This document shows, in pieces, positions 61,497 to 64,000 of a stretch of DNA of 64,000 nucleotides. The translations under genes and the position numbers were made by a program. The stretch's first letter is position 1, and each line of letters begins with the position of its first letter. The notes below the pieces were generated by a model. It had not been told where the DNA came from. It worked only from the letters and a program-made list of their open reading frames with translations, and did no database searches. The stretch covers positions 89,919,921 through 89,983,920 of the forward strand of contig NC_092383.1 of NCBI RefSeq assembly GCF_030028105.1. The letters are read 5' to 3'. The DNA comes from Mobula birostris (lineage: Eukaryota).

Positions 61497-63261
61497 AATT
61501 GGTGTAAGTAGGGGGCTGGGGAGGAGAGGTTTGGGATAATAGAAGATAATTGTTCATTATAAATTGTTTTTTGGGTAGGCTCGGAAATTGAAGGATTGCT
61601 GGACAGTATGACTCGAAGGGCCAAAATAGGCTATTCCTCACTGTATCGCAGTAAAATAAAAAATGAAGTTAGAACAACAGAATTCAGAATAAAGAGTGAC
61701 AGTCACAGAGAAAGAGCAGTGCAGGTAGACATTAAGGGGAAAGATCATAACGAGGTAGATTATGAGCTCAAGAATCTATCTCATTTTGCTAGGGAACCAT
61801 TCAATAGTCTGGAAACAGCAGGGAATTGCTGTCCTTGAGCCTGGTGGTACCTGCTTTCAGGGTTTTGTAGATTCTGCCCTCTGAGAGAGGAGAGAAGAGA
61901 CATTGTCTCAGGTGGATGAGTCCTTGATTATTCAGGCTGCTCACCAAAGTAATCCAGAGCTAAAAGAGAATGCTGGATGGCTCAGGTGAGGCAAATGATT
62001 CCTTGAACCTCTTCCACCCTGGTTAACATCATTCGGTATTGATGACATGGCCTCTTTGACATTGGTGAAGCCAAGCATAGATTAGACCAGTGGTGGAGAA
62101 CCATTTTGAGACAGTGTGTCCAAATTGGCGAGAATCATCTAAAGAAATTCTGCTGTGCAGCAGGGTAAGTTTGAGGAGAAATGATCATTAATTAATGCAT
62201 TAGTGACAATAATCATGAACATTTTTAAAGGAAAAAGGATGTGTCCTCTTTATTTATGTGTATTTATTCAGTTATTATTAATAAAAGTCTAAGGGAGATT
62301 GAAATAAATGAGGCATTTTAGAAAACCTCTTCAAAAATGTATTAATATTCATCTTTAAAAAGATATGTGAAAAATAACTTCATTTTAAATAATAATGATT
62401 TTGTAACCATTTGTCATGCAAATACTGATGGGTATACCAGGTCTGCTGTCATGAGATCTGCTGGCCTTTGTGGCTTGCCAGAGAGCGTTAGGCTTCTGCC
62501 TTTCTGTAACACCTATATTTACTAATTGTTGTTTTAAATAGAGTCGTTCAGCCCTTGTGCTTTCTGTTTAATCTTGTTCAGTTAATTGTGACTGGGACGG
62601 GTTTTCCGCATTTTGTGGTTATTTACAGCGGTCTCCTGAATACCATTCAACACAGGGTCCTTGTGTTGAGAATGACTTGTCTCGCGGTGTCGCTGGATTG
62701 TGCCTCCGATGTTCTATGCAATTCCTACCTATAACCTCTTGCTTTTGCCTCTGAATGTGAATCTGCCATTTCTCCACACCAGAGTTGAGTCTTTTCCAGC
62801 ACTCACCATGACATAAGGACCCCGTAATCAATGGACCCATCAGATGTTCAAGAGCGGCTTGGACATCGGTCACCCGGAGACAAGGGTGGCCTCCTTACTG
62901 AGTTTCTGATTTCCATGATGGAAAAATAACCTTGAAAATGCAAAACCGCAGTGGCAACATGAAAGTTTGGGAAATGCAGGGCTGGGCTTCTTGAAGAGTG
63001 GTGACAGGAGATGATTAGTTCTGATTCAGTGGCTTCACCTGGCACTGTGTATTGGTCCACTTACTGCAGTGTTTCTTATCTCTGGGGACTGTATAAAAAG
63101 AGAGCATTCAGTGGGACTTGGACGTAATACTTTGAGGTCTCACCGACAGGATTGAGTAGGAGGTGTGTTGCAGTGGGAGGGGCCTGGGCACACCCAGGTA
63201 AGTTTTTTAATACTTGCTCTGTTCTGTCCACTAAACAGAGTTTGTACTTCCAGAAGATTTT

Positions 63262-63316
63262 ACACACACACACACACACACACATACACACACACACATA
63301 CACACACACACACACA
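63262..63316. repeat. (AC)n microsatellite, two AT interruptions
   Basis: Direct reading. Confidence 0.95.
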
Positions 63317-63368
63317 ATGAAAGAAAAAAGGAACTGGAATTCTGGTAATATGCATCTCATGATTAAAT

Positions 63369-63374
63369 TTTATT
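63369..63374 (-). terminator. Probable poly(A) signal, copy D (alternative 63643-63648)
   Basis: AATAAA plus U/GU-rich downstream element. Confidence 0.55.
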
Positions 63375-63839
63375 CAACAAACTATTTATAGATATATCCC
63401 ACAGGGTAGAGCAATAGGCTGTGTGATGTTCAGCTCACATTTACATCAAATAGATTTCACTCCATGAGAAAGGTTCTGGAGTGAATCACTGGAAACCACA
63501 GCTGAAGAGGAAAATCAGGAAAGAAGAGAGGAAAAGAGAGGAATCTGAGAAGAGGCATAATTACATGATGTCAATATTTGCATATCCAGTCCAGATCCAA
63601 AATTCGTAGATTGGTCCTTTAAAATCCCATCCTGGCTGGGCGTTTATTTCAGTTCTCCCGCTTTTTGCATTTTCCTTTCAGTAAAACCCCAGCATTCAAT
63701 AGGGTGTCTTCACCTTCAGGATTCTGAAAGTGACTCCCTGATCTTTGATACTGACGGGTCAGATGAAAAATCAGATGGCTTAAGTCAACCTGCAAATATG
63801 AACTTGGATGGACCTTCAATGGGAACATTCAGGGGCAAG

Positions 63840-63998
<159 letters not shown>

Positions 63999-64000
63999 TT

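Overview
Vertebrate genomic DNA, very probably from a cartilaginous fish (ray or shark), inferred from HE1/V-SINE, CR1, Rex1/Babar and Penelope repeats. The whole window is a head-to-tail array of a ~21.8-22.6 kb segmental duplication (roughly 98-99% identical by eye). Each unit carries one 9-exon pepsinogen gene on the minus strand (aspartic protease A1, best fit pepsinogen A group). Four copies are touched: A (exons 1-6, 308-5610), B (complete, 19530-27365), C (complete, 41286-49898) and D (exon 9 only, 63840-63977). B and C splice with GT-AG introns into intact 386-aa preproenzymes with both DTG motifs. Introns and ~14-kb spacers are decayed transposons shared by all units. Notable observations: the recent amplification itself; an abrupt divergence step at ~227 suggesting copy A is chimeric; a 776-bp microhomology deletion in copy B; extra cysteines, one near the cathepsin E dimerisation position; a dense GATA promoter cluster; and degenerate Penelope-type hammerhead ribozyme motifs. 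Family comparisons use reference sequences recalled from memory and need confirmation by alignment.
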